Of a stretch of 64,000 nt of DNA, positions 52,314 to 64,000 are shown piece by piece. The stretch's first letter is position 1. The number at the start of each line of letters is the position of its first letter. The stretch is from Zootoca vivipara (taxonomy: Eukaryota), in contig NC_083278.1 in NCBI RefSeq assembly GCF_963506605.1, positions 68,572,001 to 68,636,000 on the forward strand. Direction: 5' to 3'. Below the pieces are notes generated by a model. The model was not told the origin of the DNA. It was given only the letters and a program-made list of their open reading frames with translations, and made no database searches. The position numbers and the translations under genes are program-made.

Positions 52314-52333
52314 TCCACAGAATTGAATATATT

Positions 52334-52740
52334 CCATAGAATGGAAGATGGCAGGATCCCCAACGACATGCGCTTCAGGCACCAGGCTCATTGGTGAATC
52401 AACTGTTACAAAGATGTCTGTAAATGAGACATGAAGGCTGGCAACATCAACCCCACCATGCTTGCAGACGATCACAGTGCTGAGCGACAGACAGTCAAGT
52501 GGTTTATCTGCAGCAGTGATCAGAGGAGGAATGATATCTGGGAGGAGCAGAGAGAAGAAATGCTGTGATGCATCTGTATCAGCACAACCAGAAGCCTTCA
52601 TCTTTCCAGTTGCAACAAAACATGTCTCTCCCATATCAGTCTCTACAGCAACAGCAAATACTGTAACTCTCCAACAGTCTTCTGTTGACTTCACCCCTGA
52701 AGGTGCACTTGTCTCCCAAGACAGACAGAAGTCAGCAATA
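52334..52740 (+). mobile_element. RTE-clade LINE 3' fragment (non-Bov-B)
   Basis: HRMEDGRIP...KDVCK*DMKAGNINP; same family as 61990-62410. Confidence 0.85.
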
Positions 52741-53067
52741 GATAATATATATTCTGTCCCATGAGTTCCCACCTATGCAGTTGCTTTTGCAGGAGAGTGA
52801 TAAGTTAAGCTCCTTGGAAACGAGTCCTGTTTATTTCAGCGGAGCATGCACAGGATTTCTGCACTGTCTGTATTATCAGCAATTCTATACGAAACAATGT
52901 TTTGGAAATAAAGGAAAAGAAAAATAATTCACAAGAGGTAGTAGTGGAGGTGATGACGGAGAGGCATCCTTCTAGTGGTGCAGGCAGCAATAAAACTGCT
53001 AGCACATTGCAATAAACTTCTAGTACATTTGCAAAGCTAAATGTTTAGTTTCAAAGTGGATGGGGGA

Positions 53068-53152
53068 TCGCATGTTGAGATTCCCGCATTGTAGGGGGTT
53101 GGACTAGATCACCGTCAGGTGCCTCCCAACTCTACAGCTCCGTGGTTCTATT
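53068..53152 (+). mobile_element. CR1 3' terminal fragment
   Basis: gattcccgcattgtagggggttggactagatcacc...ccaactctac resembles the CR1 tail at 31450-31510. Confidence 0.7.
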
Positions 53153-53660
53153 TCCATGAGAGGTGGTATTTTTGTCTGTATTTTTTCTTTTCTACGGTGC
53201 TTCCCAGAGCACAATCCTATTAACCTTCCCTCCGGGACCAGGAGCAGACACGATTTCTCATAATAATAGGACAACCTAATTTCCCCTATCTTCTTCAACT
53301 GGCATAAACGTTGGGGCGTTCAACAGCAGGTGAGGAGGGCGCAGCGACCGCAATATGAATTATCGAGCATGCTCTGTCCTTTGTCCTCTTTAACCTGCCT
53401 CAGTCCCGCAGGAGCTTCTGCCGGGCCCCGCTTCGCCTCGCGCAGATCTTTGCACGCCTTTCTGGACCTTCCGGGTTCGAGTCACTGGCAGGTTCTCAGC
53501 CAGAGGCAAAGAAAAACCTCGCCTCAACTGAGGGCAAGACAAGAACGCGAAGGGTTTCAGCTGCTGCTACCGCGCGTGCGCAATGAGCCCAGCTTCGCGG
53601 TTGTGTCGAAGCTTCCGACACGGGCAGCGTTCTCGAGCTGCACATGCTCGTTGTTGACGC

Positions 53661-53673
53661 GTCGCCTAGCAAC
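53661..53673 (+). promoter_or_regulatory. RFX X-box
   Basis: GTCGCCTAGCAAC fits GTNRCC(N0-3)RGYAAC, about 270 bp upstream of the ATG of an axonemal gene. Confidence 0.8.
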
Positions 53674-53944
53674 GGAGTCCCTAGAAGCGAGTTGGTGTTA
53701 GAAACAGGCCAATCTTTCCCCCCTCCCCTTCCCTTCCTTCATCCCGAATCTACACAGAAGCCTGCTGCGCGGGGGCTGAGGAAGAGCTGATGCAGGGGGA
53801 CGGAATTTAGGAAGGGGAGGAGTGTTTAAAAAAAGAAAAGAAAAAAAGGTCGTTATCGGTTTTTTTGTTTTTGTAAATTTCCGTCCTCAAGTTTTTTTTT
53901 TTTTTAAATTTCCCAGCCTCCTCCTCCAGCAGCCACCTGAGGTG

Positions 53945-54082
53945 ATGGTGGCGGAGAAAGAGGGCTCCGGCCCCCAGAAGGACAGACCCCCACAACTGCA
54001 GGAGCCGCTGAGGCATACCAAAAGATGCAAGAAGCAGGTCAGCGATGGATTCACCGTCAAAGCCATGATGAAAAACACCGTG
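53945..54082 (+). CDS. PACRG: Parkin coregulated gene protein, first coding exon (46 codons, phase 0)
   Basis: Translates MVAEKEGSGPQKDRPPQLQEPLRHTKRCKKQVSDGFTVKAMMKNTV, matching the PACRG N-terminus (MVAEKE...VSEGFTVKAMMKNSV). Ends at donor GTG|gtatgt. A polypyrimidine tract plus cag acceptor lies upstream at 53892-53916. Confidence 0.95.
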
Positions 54083-54289
54083 GTATGTGTGACCAGCCAA
54101 CTGCAGCTGGCTTTCGGTTCATTTGGTTCCCCCCCCCACGCCCCCTGGAGCCACACCGGGATCGAAGGGGCTGCAAACTCTTTCGCGAGAGGTGGGGAAG
54201 GGCCAGCATGGGCATCCTTTGCACACACCTTCCTCCAAAGGAACTTCACACACTACGGTGGGCAATGCCATTTCAGCCACACTTTAACC

Positions 54290-54417
54290 CAGGCATCCCC
54301 AAACTGCGGCCCTCCAGATGTTTTGGCCTACAACTCCCATGATCCCTAGCTAACAGGACCAGTGGTCAGGGAATTGTAGTCCAAAACATCTGGAGGGCCG
54401 AAGTTTGGGGGTGCCTG
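54290..54417. mobile_element. Palindromic hAT MITE
   Basis: Inverted arms; perfect 8-bp TSD ctttaacc (54282-54289, 54418-54425). Confidence 0.92.
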
Positions 54418-54432
54418 CTTTAACCAGTCAAC

Positions 54433-54434
<2 letters not shown>

Positions 54435-54467
<33 letters not shown>

Positions 54468-54486
54468 ACGTGTGTGCGTGCGTGCG
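54435..54486. repeat. (TG)n/(GC) alternating tract
   Basis: Direct reading. Confidence 0.9.
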
Positions 54487-54737
54487 GGATTTATGTACAA
54501 GCTAAACAAGCTATAGCTTAGGGCCCCCCCAAAAAAATTAAAGGAAAAAACCCTGGATGTACATTTCCAAAATATAAGATAAAAAACAAATAAAATAAAA
54601 CCCACATACGGCAACAGTGGCAAATGGCTTTAGATACCTATTAGGTCCATAAATTACCATATAGCATATACTCAACACAAAAAAGCAACAATTACTTTCA
54701 TTAGTTTAGGGCCTCATCAAACCTAAATCCGACCCTG
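54485..54737. mobile_element. hAT (Tip100-like) non-autonomous fragment
   Basis: ggatttatgtacaagctaaacaagctatagcttagggcccc...ttagggcctcatcaaacctaaatccgaccctg; ends resemble the 32343 element. Confidence 0.65.
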
Positions 54738-55997
54738 TATATATGCACAATCTATACACAATCAATATATACCACCACACCATACTGTTTCAAACTGTTG
54801 CTATAAAGTCAGGTGTTGGCAAACATTTGGGAAATCACCTCACCTGCAGCAGCTATAATAATTCAGATTTATGGCCAAAGCAGCTTTCCCTTCTCTGGTT
54901 TTAATTAGAATCATTTCTATTTTAAAATCTCACGGCTTATTTTTATACAGGCTGGAGCTATGGGCCTTGTTTAACTTCTATTATTATTATTATTATTTAT
55001 TAAATTTGTATGCCACCTTGTAGACCTGTAGATATCAGGACAAGGCTTGTAAATTGGTACTTCCCCTGTGTGTTACCACAAACATTGTTTTTAAATCTTT
55101 CATCAAGCCCACAGAATTCTGTTTTTCACAAGGATTGCTATTCAGGTTGCTTTTAGGATTATCAAATTTTAGTCTTAAACTACACTTTCACAAAGTTTGG
55201 CAAACTACTGCTTGCATTTAGGAAGATCCATTGATGTAGAAGTGATAATTCAAACATTCTAATATTTTGAATAAAGTGTAGAGAATTACTGTGCAAGCGT
55301 ATGCAAGTTTACTCAGAAAAAGTCCCACTACTATGGTCAATGGGGTTTACACTGTAGTGTGTTTACAGGCCTTAGGCTGCAAGCTTATAACATTTACCTA
55401 GCCGTAAATTCCATTACAGAATATTTACTTCTGAGTAGACCTGCATAGGATTGGCTAAATTATTGTTTGAGCCTACTCTTTTCTCAAAAGTAAGTCCTAC
55501 TATTTCAGTGAGACTCGCTCTCTAGCCCATGTGCAGTATATCACCATCTCTTCTGTTAACCTAGGCTCCTTTGGGAAGAAGGGTGGGATAGAAATCTTAA
55601 AAAAATAAAAAATAATGCTTTCTGTAGCACTTACAGGATGTTTCTATATGAAACAAGCCCTACTAAATTCAGTGGGACTTTTCCCCAGATAAATCTGTGC
55701 AGGTTTACAGTGTAGTGTGCAATCCATAAACAGACTGTCCTGCTATCTTTGTGCATCTCCAGCAAACCCCACCCATTACACCTTACCCTGTATGAGTCAC
55801 TTCTTTGAATAGGATCCTGCCCCTGTATTGCAAAGACATACTGTATTAGGATTCATGTATGTGTATTTCCTATACATGTAAAAAATCAAAGGCCTCTGGT
55901 TGAGACACTCTATGTGAGGTGTGAAACTATTTTTTTATGCCTACTCTATTTGAAAGAGAAACATTGTAGCTGCTCAAGGCATGGCATCATAAGCAAA

Positions 55998-56087
55998 CAT
56001 AGCTGCCAAGTTATCCCTTATTTTAAGGGATTTTCCCTTATGCTGAATAGGCTTCCTCGCGAGAAAAGGGAAAACTTGGCAGCTATG
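55998..56087. mobile_element. 90-bp minimal hAT MITE (same TIR as 25311-25653)
   Basis: TIR catagctgccaagtt/aacttggcagctatg; perfect TSD taagcaaa. Confidence 0.92.
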
Positions 56088-56798
56088 TAAGCAAAAGCAT
56101 AGGACGATGCTCTTGATGGCAGGACATTATTGAGTAAAGGCTGCTGTGTGCAGAGTTATGTGTAGGTTGCACCCACCCCTTCAGCCACTTCCTCAGAAGT
56201 AGTATCACTGAAGTCAATGAGACTATTTTGAAGCATGTGATTTGTAGCTATAAGTATCAGTTTGCCATCTATCAATTTTATAGCAGTCTCTCTGACTTTA
56301 ATAGGACTCCTGTTACAAATGGGTTGATGATTTGATGCCTTAGCCAAAGAGAAGCTTCAGAGCAGAGCTGGAAATATTTCAAAAACCAAGTCCTTGGAGG
56401 GAAGTTTGCAGAATTGAAAGAGCCCTTGAAGGAATCTTATAATAGTTTCCAAATACTGAGATTCCCAAAGCCTGCATTGCCTGTTTTTAACAGCTCTGGG
56501 ACAGCAAGTTATTATGGGCGATAGCGCCTCTTACCCCATTGTTGTAATAGTACATTATCCCACCTTGCTCCTCTGCCAGCAGTGTGACTTCATAATGTTT
56601 TAATGTGTACTATTAGTGTAATTAATTATATAATTATTATAATAAATTGAGATTGACTGTAATGCCAGAAAACTAAAGATATTGTTCAGTAACCAATAGT
56701 GTTCTTTGCATTAGAAAAAAAAAAACCTGCTATATATTCCTTGAGAAAAATACTGTAGAGGCTAAATGTTGTGAGGCAATGAATAGTTTCTTCTAGTA

Positions 56799-57135
56799 CA
56801 GTGGAACCTCGGTTTATGAACACCTCAGTTTATGAATTTTCGGTTTATGAACGCCGCAGACCCATCTGGAATGGATTAATTCACTTTCCATTACTTTTAA
56901 TGGGAAAGTTCGCTTCAGTTTATGAACGCTTCAGTTTATGAACAGACTTCCGGAACCAATTACACCCATGTTTCAGTTTATGAACGCTTCAGTTTAAGTA
57001 CTTCGCGGACCCGTCTGGAACGGATTAATCCACTTTCCATTACTTTCAATGGGAAAGTTCGCTTCAGTTTATGAACGCTTCAGTTTATGAACAGACTTCC
57101 GGAACCAATTGTGTTCATAAACCGAGGTACCACTG
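56799..57135. mobile_element. Tc1/mariner (Tigger-like) MITE with internal tandem duplication
   Basis: ta|cagtggaacctcggtttatgaacac...gtgttcataaaccgaggtaccactg|ta; internal unit repeated (56857-56961, 57006-57110). Confidence 0.92.
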
Positions 57136-58877
57136 TAATAGAATAATCCTTGAACAAATTTAACATTGATGCAAGTAGTTTGCTGTAAGTTTTTGTGTTT
57201 GAGAGGATGGTTGCATTGTTTTTGCTTAATAATTTTTTTTAATCTATTTTTAATTGATAAAATACATGCCAAACAGAAAGTATTTTCTCAAAAGGGTCAA
57301 TTTAGGTGCTTATTATGCTGAAGGGATGCTGCATAGAGATCTTTAATTGCCTACTTAAACACTGCATCTGCTAGCTTTTGGTCTAAGCAATGAACACAGT
57401 ACAGTACAGTGCATAGTTTCTGGCCTTTTAAATGGATATATTGTTGCCAAGTAGTTATAAGAAATCATAAGACAACTAGAATTTGATAAAGAATCAAATA
57501 TCTCTCCTATAGTGATACAGGTTTCAGAATTCCAGTTTAAAAAATGGACATAGTTTTCATATTGCAATCTTATTGTAGTGTGTGTATGCACATTCATAAA
57601 CACAAAGCAGAAATGTACTGATTTTACTAAATTCCGTCAATTGCCACCAGCAAGGAGATAGCACGTGAACAACTTGCAAAGAGACTTAAAGATACCACTT
57701 GCAGGTGCCTTGCATTACAGAAAAGAGCGCTTGGAAACTTGGTAAGAAGCTTTAGGTTACCTCAGATATAGGTAATGCATTAAATTACAGGAAAACCTGC
57801 TAGACTAGTTATGAAAAAATAGAGCAGGTCAAGTGAGATACTGCCCCTTCATAGAAAAGAAGTCCTTCAGTCAAATCTTTCACCACATAACATAGAGGAT
57901 GTATGTTTTTCCTCAGTCAAGAAGCCCAGTTCATCACAGACACCTTTCTTTTGTAACAGTTTCAACTGACTTTACATAAAGCAAACCAGTTTGGTGCTTA
58001 AAGCTTCCATAATACATTATTTCTCCCTTCTCAGTTTCTGACTCTCAGTAGGTGTCCTTTTCCTGGAATTTGCAGTCCTTTCCGCTAGTTGTTTTGCTAG
58101 TTCCAACACTGGGATGAAAGATGGTCCTTCTGCAACAGATAGTGTCCCAGTGGTCCAAATCCTTCCACTTTGGACTGACTTCCTTCATGTAGACTATTAG
58201 ACACTCTCTGCCTCCCTTTCCCTTGGCTACATCTGCTCTTTATACAACAATGGAGGGAGGGTATCAGGTAGCCAGCTGCCACCACGCTGAGCCAGTTATG
58301 ACCAGACCACACCTACAACTATTTGGGCTGTGGCATGGAACACTGTGAGCTGAAGCCAAAGTTGACCTTCCAATCCACACCCTCTAAAGACGCCATATCA
58401 CAGGTCTGAGCAGCTGGGGAGATTAGAGGCTGTATCCCTTGTATGGGTCCACTTGTGCTTCTACCACTCCAAGTTTGGCAAGAATTAGGATCAACAGTAA
58501 AAATTCAGGGAATGTCAAGTTGTAGCTTAACAATATTTTTTAGCCCTCATGCTGGAGAGATAAGTTTTAAAATGTGATAGCAAACATTTCTGAAGGGTGA
58601 AGCATGTATGTGTAAGTAGTTGGTTTTTCCAATGCCCATGCAGTAAATAAAACATCCAATCCAAGTTTTTGCCATAAAAACTGTAGTACCTACACAACTT
58701 TAAAATGCATATTTAAAGGTTCACTTGTTCATCCTCAGTTCTCACTACCCTCTTCCCCTGTTTGATGTGCAGCAGAATAAGATTACTGCTGAACAGGTAG
58801 AGAAGGAGATTCAGCAAAGCGATGGTGTGCTAGCTGAACACCTGCCTTTCCATACAGATCAAGGACCTGCCAACAGC

Positions 58878-59166
58878 AGTGGTGGCTGGTGTTCATTGGA
58901 GCTGGTAGGGCAGAACATAGTGAGACCAGCAGTGGTAGGTGCTAGAGCCAATGACAGAGCCAACTAGTTCTTCTTTTGTCCCTACCCTCCTCCCTGCTGA
59001 GTTATACAAGGATGGCATTAAGATTAGGAGGGAGCTGATAGGTAGTCCCCCCCCCCCAATCCTGAGCTGATTCCAAGTAAATAGACAGGCAGGTGGGCAC
59101 TGGCTGAGGGCAGGCTGAGTTCGATGGAGCAGTGTTCCATTGGTCCTAATGGACCAGCCTTGACTG
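58878..59166. mobile_element. Old hAT-like MITE
   Basis: cagtggtggctggtgttcattgg ... ctaatggaccagccttgactg imperfect TIRs; no clear TSD. Confidence 0.5.
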
Positions 59167-60181
59167 GCTGAGCACTTACATCTTGACACCAGCAAGACTA
59201 GGGGGCAAGACATGTCTTGTACTTAATGTTGGCCCCTCAGTTTATGCTTTAAAAAATGACTGCCAAGATTGGTCAGTGTGAATTATCAAATATGAAGAAG
59301 TACAGGAGCAAGACTTGCCCTCTTTGACCACGGCAATTATGTGTAAAGTTTTTTGAACAAATGTGTAGAAAATGAGGCCAAGCTGAACCACGTATAATGA
59401 TGTTTTCCTTTTTGAGTCAAAAGGCCAGAGTTCTTATTTATAAAAGTGGAACAAATTGCCAGATTGTCAGGCTTTACTTTAGCTAAAAGCCTTTCCAACA
59501 TGTTATTTCACCAACTAAACTGATATCTGAAATATTACGGATTGTTGTTGTTATTTTACTTAGTGTGGGAAGGGAAAGAGAGAGGCTTTTAAAACAATTT
59601 TAAGTGAGACTGCAAGACCAAGTGTCATAAATAATAGTTTGACCTTCTCCCCCCAAAAATAGCCTATTTGTACAATAAATGAAGCTCTGTAGCTTTTGGA
59701 GACTAGTGTTTGTGGTAGAAGTATTACTATTTGATAGTTCTACCGGTTGTAGTGAACACATCCTAGATAAAATGGAAGTGTGTTTAAAGTGATAAATGCA
59801 AAATTTTATTGCTGCAGAAGATTTTTCAAGTACAGAAATCTCTAGGTATCAGCAATAACATGTAAGGTGTATGAATTGTGTAACTTGTAGGTAGTCATAT
59901 CTGGGGTTGGGTGAGCTATATGCCTTAACACACACAGTCACGATTTCCTTCATTTCTCCTCCTCGGTTCTTTAGTGAATTAACTTTGACATTTCAGTGTT
60001 CATTCAATGCTTCAGTTGGTGTGGTTCATAATACAGATGTCGAAAAGAACTATTCTGGGCCTCGATCAGCTAGATTACTTACACAGCAGTGGGTTGCTAC
60101 ACATACATTATTATTTTTTTACTAAAAGCCCAGTTTAAGAGCTGATGTGTAGCACAATCCTATTTGGGCAATGAAAGAGCA

Positions 60182-60521
60182 CATACTCTCCAACATTTCT
60201 CTGATTTAAATAGGCATGTCCCATTCCATAATGATAATTTTACTATTTACACCCCATACGTCTTACTTGGTTGCCCCAGCCGCTCTAGGCAGCTTCCAAC
60301 ATATATAAAAACATAATAAAACATTGAACATTAAAAACCTTTCCTATACAGGATTGCCGTCAGATGGCTTGTGGGTCGAATAACTCCATACCCTCCAACA
60401 TTTCTCCAGTGAAAATAGGGATATCCTAAGGAAAAGTGGAACATTCTGGGATCAAATCAGAAACCTGGATGGCTTCTCTAAATCAGAGACGTCCCTGGGA
60501 AATAGAGACATTTGGAGTTTG
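60182..60521. mobile_element. Non-autonomous DNA transposon, degraded
   Basis: catac(t/c)ctccaacatttctc occurs twice (60182, ~60387); right end gagacatttggagtttg is roughly complementary. Confidence 0.55.
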
Positions 60522-61429
60522 GCAGCAATGTTGTTCATATTTAGCATGTAGAGTGTAATATCAGTGGCACAGAATTAGTTTGGAAGTCCATTGTATATCA
60601 TAGTACTTCATAGTAGCTTAAGTGCATAACTGAAGGGTATAACTGAATTTGTGGAACCCTACCGTTGCATACTCTCGAGGCATATTTGTCCGCCTCAGTT
60701 CTCAGCCTGAGATGAATGAATATTCTCACTGGAATTTGTTTGGCTTTCTGTCAGATGTCTGAGGAAGAAATGGTGGAAGTTAGCATACATCATGGTCTTT
60801 GGCATTAAATGCTAGCATTGGTCTAACAGAATAAGCCCTTTTTTCTCAGTGCCAGTAAGGGGAACCATGTTTCAAGCCCTACTGTGAAGAATTCAGAATG
60901 TCAGGAATGAAATTTATGTGGTGCTGAAGATGGTATTCCCTCAGCCTTTTTGGTGACTTTCCAAGACTGAAATAATTAGATGTTAGATGATAAAGGAGTG
61001 AAAGTTCAGACTAAGATGGTATTTTGTAGTAGAAGAAAATTTCAAGTTTGCTGCTCTACTGTCCTCCCCCAAGTATGACTGCTTAAAACTATTAGCAAAT
61101 GATCCATGCTATAAAATTGCTTCACTAAGGCAGCTAAAATGCAGGTAAGATTTTATATAGTTCTTTAAGGTTCATTCTACAGAGTAAACCAAATTTTGCA
61201 AAATAAGAATAAAATAGTTCTCTGTGGGACAAAGGCCACAATTTATCAACCAGATTCTAGATTACTTTTGTCAAGGAAGATTAATATTTTCTCTAATAGT
61301 GAAGTATTGATATGTGGGACTTAGTAAGCTTAGTGTGATAAACTGGTCTGTAGATAAGTTTAACTTTGCTGTCACCGACACCAGTTGGACTTGATTGTCA
61401 TCAGGCTATCAGCACAGAACTGTGCTCGT

Positions 61430-62415
61430 GTCACACACAGCTACTGCAGTGCCGACCAAGACATGGATCACTCCCTGGTGGTGAGCAAGAGCAATCTCCA
61501 GCCAAAGAGGGCCCATAGTACAACGCATAAAGTGTGGCCTTGAATCAACACCGCCAGAACATCCATACTTCAAATTTGTGAACGCTGCTCTGGTTTTGTC
61601 GAACATGCTCTACTGAACCGCTCCAGAGATAGGTGTTGAAGGAAGGTAGGACAACATCAAAGAGGCAACCTACAACACAGCTATGTCCTACTTTGGCAAA
61701 AGAGAGCAACAGATCCCCAACTGGTTTGAGGCTGGCATAAGGGACATGGAGCTTGTTATTGCTGCAAAGTGTGAGGCTCTTGTGAACTACAAGTGTGCAC
61801 CCTGTGAAAAGGCACTTGCTCCACTGAGAAAGGCAAGGAGTGGAGTGCCAATGGATTGCTAGCCAATTTGCCAATGACTACTGGCTAAAGCTGTGTCAGA
61901 GAATTCAACTCACTGCTGACACCGGTAACACTCTCACAAGCCCACATTCCCAACGTGTTCGGACGCCTGTCTTGGCAACAGCTACACTGGCTTGGCCATG
62001 TCCACAGAATGGAAGATGGGGGGATCCCAAGGACATGCTCTATGAGGAGCTGGCTTTAGGGACTAGGACTGTTGGCAGACCAACTCTGTGTTGCAAAGAT
62101 GTCTGCAAACGGGACATGAAGGCTGGCAACATCAACCCTGCTATGTGGGAATCCCTTGCAGATGACTGCAGTGCCTGGAGACAGGCTGTCAAGATGTGTA
62201 TCCATAGCAGCGACCAGAGGAGAAATGACTGCTGGGAGGAGTGAAGGGAGAAGAAACACTGTGGTATATCTGCAGCAGCACAACCGGATGCCTTCATCTG
62301 CCCCAGCTGCAACAAAGCATGTCTCTTCCTCTACACTGCAACTTTCTAACAGTTTGACTTCACCCTAAAGGTGCACTTCTCCATTGTCTTCTGAAACAGA
62401 GAGGTGCCAACAATT
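61430..62415 (+). mobile_element. Internally deleted RTE-clade LINE
   Basis: Linker-region peptide ANDYWLKLCQRIQLTADTGN is joined directly to C-terminal WLGHVHRMEDG..PKDMLYEELALGTRTVGRP..KDVCKRDMK; the RT core is missing. Confidence 0.85.
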
Positions 62416-64000
62416 ATTATGAAGAAAATAAGTTATGAAAAGTGCAGGATCTTAATATAATTTTAGTACTTGGCTAACATGTTGTTGGGTGTGTGTGGAA
62501 ATGGAAGTAAACGAAAATAAAATATAAGTGTTACCTTATTTTGTGAGTTTTCCACCCAGGTATTCTGTGGTATTTCATGTCTTATTCAATACAGTGGATA
62601 AGGTGCCATCTATACTTGAAACAGTAGCTGGGCATCCAGTTTCTAACAGTGATCAAAACTGATTATTTTAAATGGGAATAATTTTAAATGAGAAGTGAAT
62701 TGTTATTGAGTAATCTTTGCCAGTAACAGTCCTTTGAGTATCTTATCCCAGAATGAGAAGCTTTTCTCACATCTGTAGTGCTACTTCATTCTTTTCAATG
62801 AAGGCTTTAAGTAGGATTTAAGTAGGGTTGCTATATTTCAAAAAGTAAAAAACCAGGACACCCTGAAATTTTTTGAATTTTTTTTAAAGAAACCCCCAAA
62901 ATTGTCAAGCTTTTTCCCTGGGGCTGGGAAGGGCAGTTTAACCTCTGGTTTGCTAGTGAAACTGAATTACAGTGCCGGGAAATGATACATGTCTAAAAAG
63001 TGTGTCACCAACATAAGCTTTAAGGAGTTGGCTAAATATCCAGCACCTTTCCTCATATGGTGATCCCAAGGGCAGGTATTGCTGCTTTAGGTTTAGTTAT
63101 GGACACATCCAGAGAACCTGCCAGGGAATCCTAAGCACAATGTAATAAATAATCAAGCAAAGCATAGAGGAATAAATTTAGAAGTCTAGTATGGTGACAT
63201 TTTAACAATTCATATGTGTGAATAATCCATAAATTTGGTCTATATATTTATTTTCAGATTCCATTAATCCTCCTCTGTCTTCTTGCCTCTGCGTAGTAAA
63301 TGTCCACTCTGACCTAATTTATTGAATCCTTCACTAATAATAATGAGTATACAAAGTCCAAATAATTTTCACTATTTACATACGGTATTTCTTTCAGTAC
63401 TTTTGTTTAAAATGAATTCTATATCTATAGGCAGATGCAGAAATGGAATGACATATTTTATTTTTGTTTAAGTCGTTGAAATTTTACAGAGTGTTACAGT
63501 GCTTCATAAACTGGAGACATATTACAAATACTAATGAGAGAGTTCATTATTTTGTCTCAAATTTTATGACAGATTTGGCTTGCTTTCTTAAGTAATAGAG
63601 CCTCGGTAACGAATTAAAAAAATAATTGAACAACAGGCTATAGAGATTATGTATTAATCATAATGGCCCTGGAGCTACATGGCAGAAGTCAAGTGCTTCT
63701 AATTTTCTCAGTTATTATTATTACCTTACGATAAATGTTGTCCTCAAGGTATCTTTCTGGTATTTAATTCTTGTATAGCGAAAAGGGTTTATTCTTTGAT
63801 GGCCTGAGTAAACACACACGGTACAGGATTTTGTGCTCCCTTGTGGAGATTGCCCACAATTGCCTTGAAAAACTGCCTCTCCAATTTTCTTCAATTGAAT
63901 ATTGTGCAGCCTGATTCTAGAAAGGTCAGTGAGACTAGCAACTCACTTCTGCCTGGTGTCCTTGAAGATCTAGACTCATGTAACATGTGCAAACATTCCT

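Larger units (their letters stand above)
53290..54200. promoter_or_regulatory. CpG island / PACRG-proximal promoter
   Basis: Second CpG-rich block, with NRF1-like gcgcgtgcgca (53572-53582) and an RFX X-box, upstream of and over the PACRG coding exon. Confidence 0.75.
54083..64000 (+). other. PACRG: PACRG intron after first coding exon (partial)
   Basis: Starts at gtatgt; the next coding exon (VRGPPAAGAFKERP...) was not found in the window. Confidence 0.8.

Noticed and set aside
53822-54349. 175-aa ORF as a full protein
   Set aside because: Only 53945-54082 is PACRG; the rest is read-through of UTR, intron and a MITE past the gtatgt donor.
56820-57120. CRISPR-like repeated cagtttatgaac units
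   Set aside because: Eukaryotic context, no unique spacers or cas genes; these are sub-terminal repeats of a TA-flanked MITE.

Overview
Eukaryotic genomic DNA, very likely a squamate (lacertid-type lizard, inferred from Sauria/Squam1 SINEs, Bov-B, CR1, L2, Penelope and lizard-type hAT/Tc1 MITEs). The window holds the head-to-head PRKN (parkin)/PACRG locus. PRKN coding exon 1 (ATG ATA G|gtgagt, minus strand) is at 50913-50919 and its first intron fills 1-50912 with no exon 2 found. The first coding exon of PACRG (MVAEKE...VSDGFTVKAMMKNTV|gtatgt, plus strand) is at 53945-54082 and its intron runs to the window end. The rest is intronic: transposon relics, microsatellites and a few candidate enhancers; nearly all supplied ORFs are spurious or TE-derived. 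Most notable: (1) the promoter, shared and short in human, looks split into two CpG modules about 3 kb apart (ZNF143/THAP11 + NRF1-like at PRKN; NRF1-like + RFX X-box at PACRG); (2) Penelope terminal repeats with minimal hammerhead-ribozyme motifs, one as an inverted pair; (3) an LF-SINE head abutting a homeobox-site cluster; (4) a young MITE carrying a CpG island with NRF1/ETS motifs; (5) a perfect 33-bp inverted repeat. All family assignments are by eye from remembered consensus sequences, not database searches. I found no convincing wholly novel multi-gene system.
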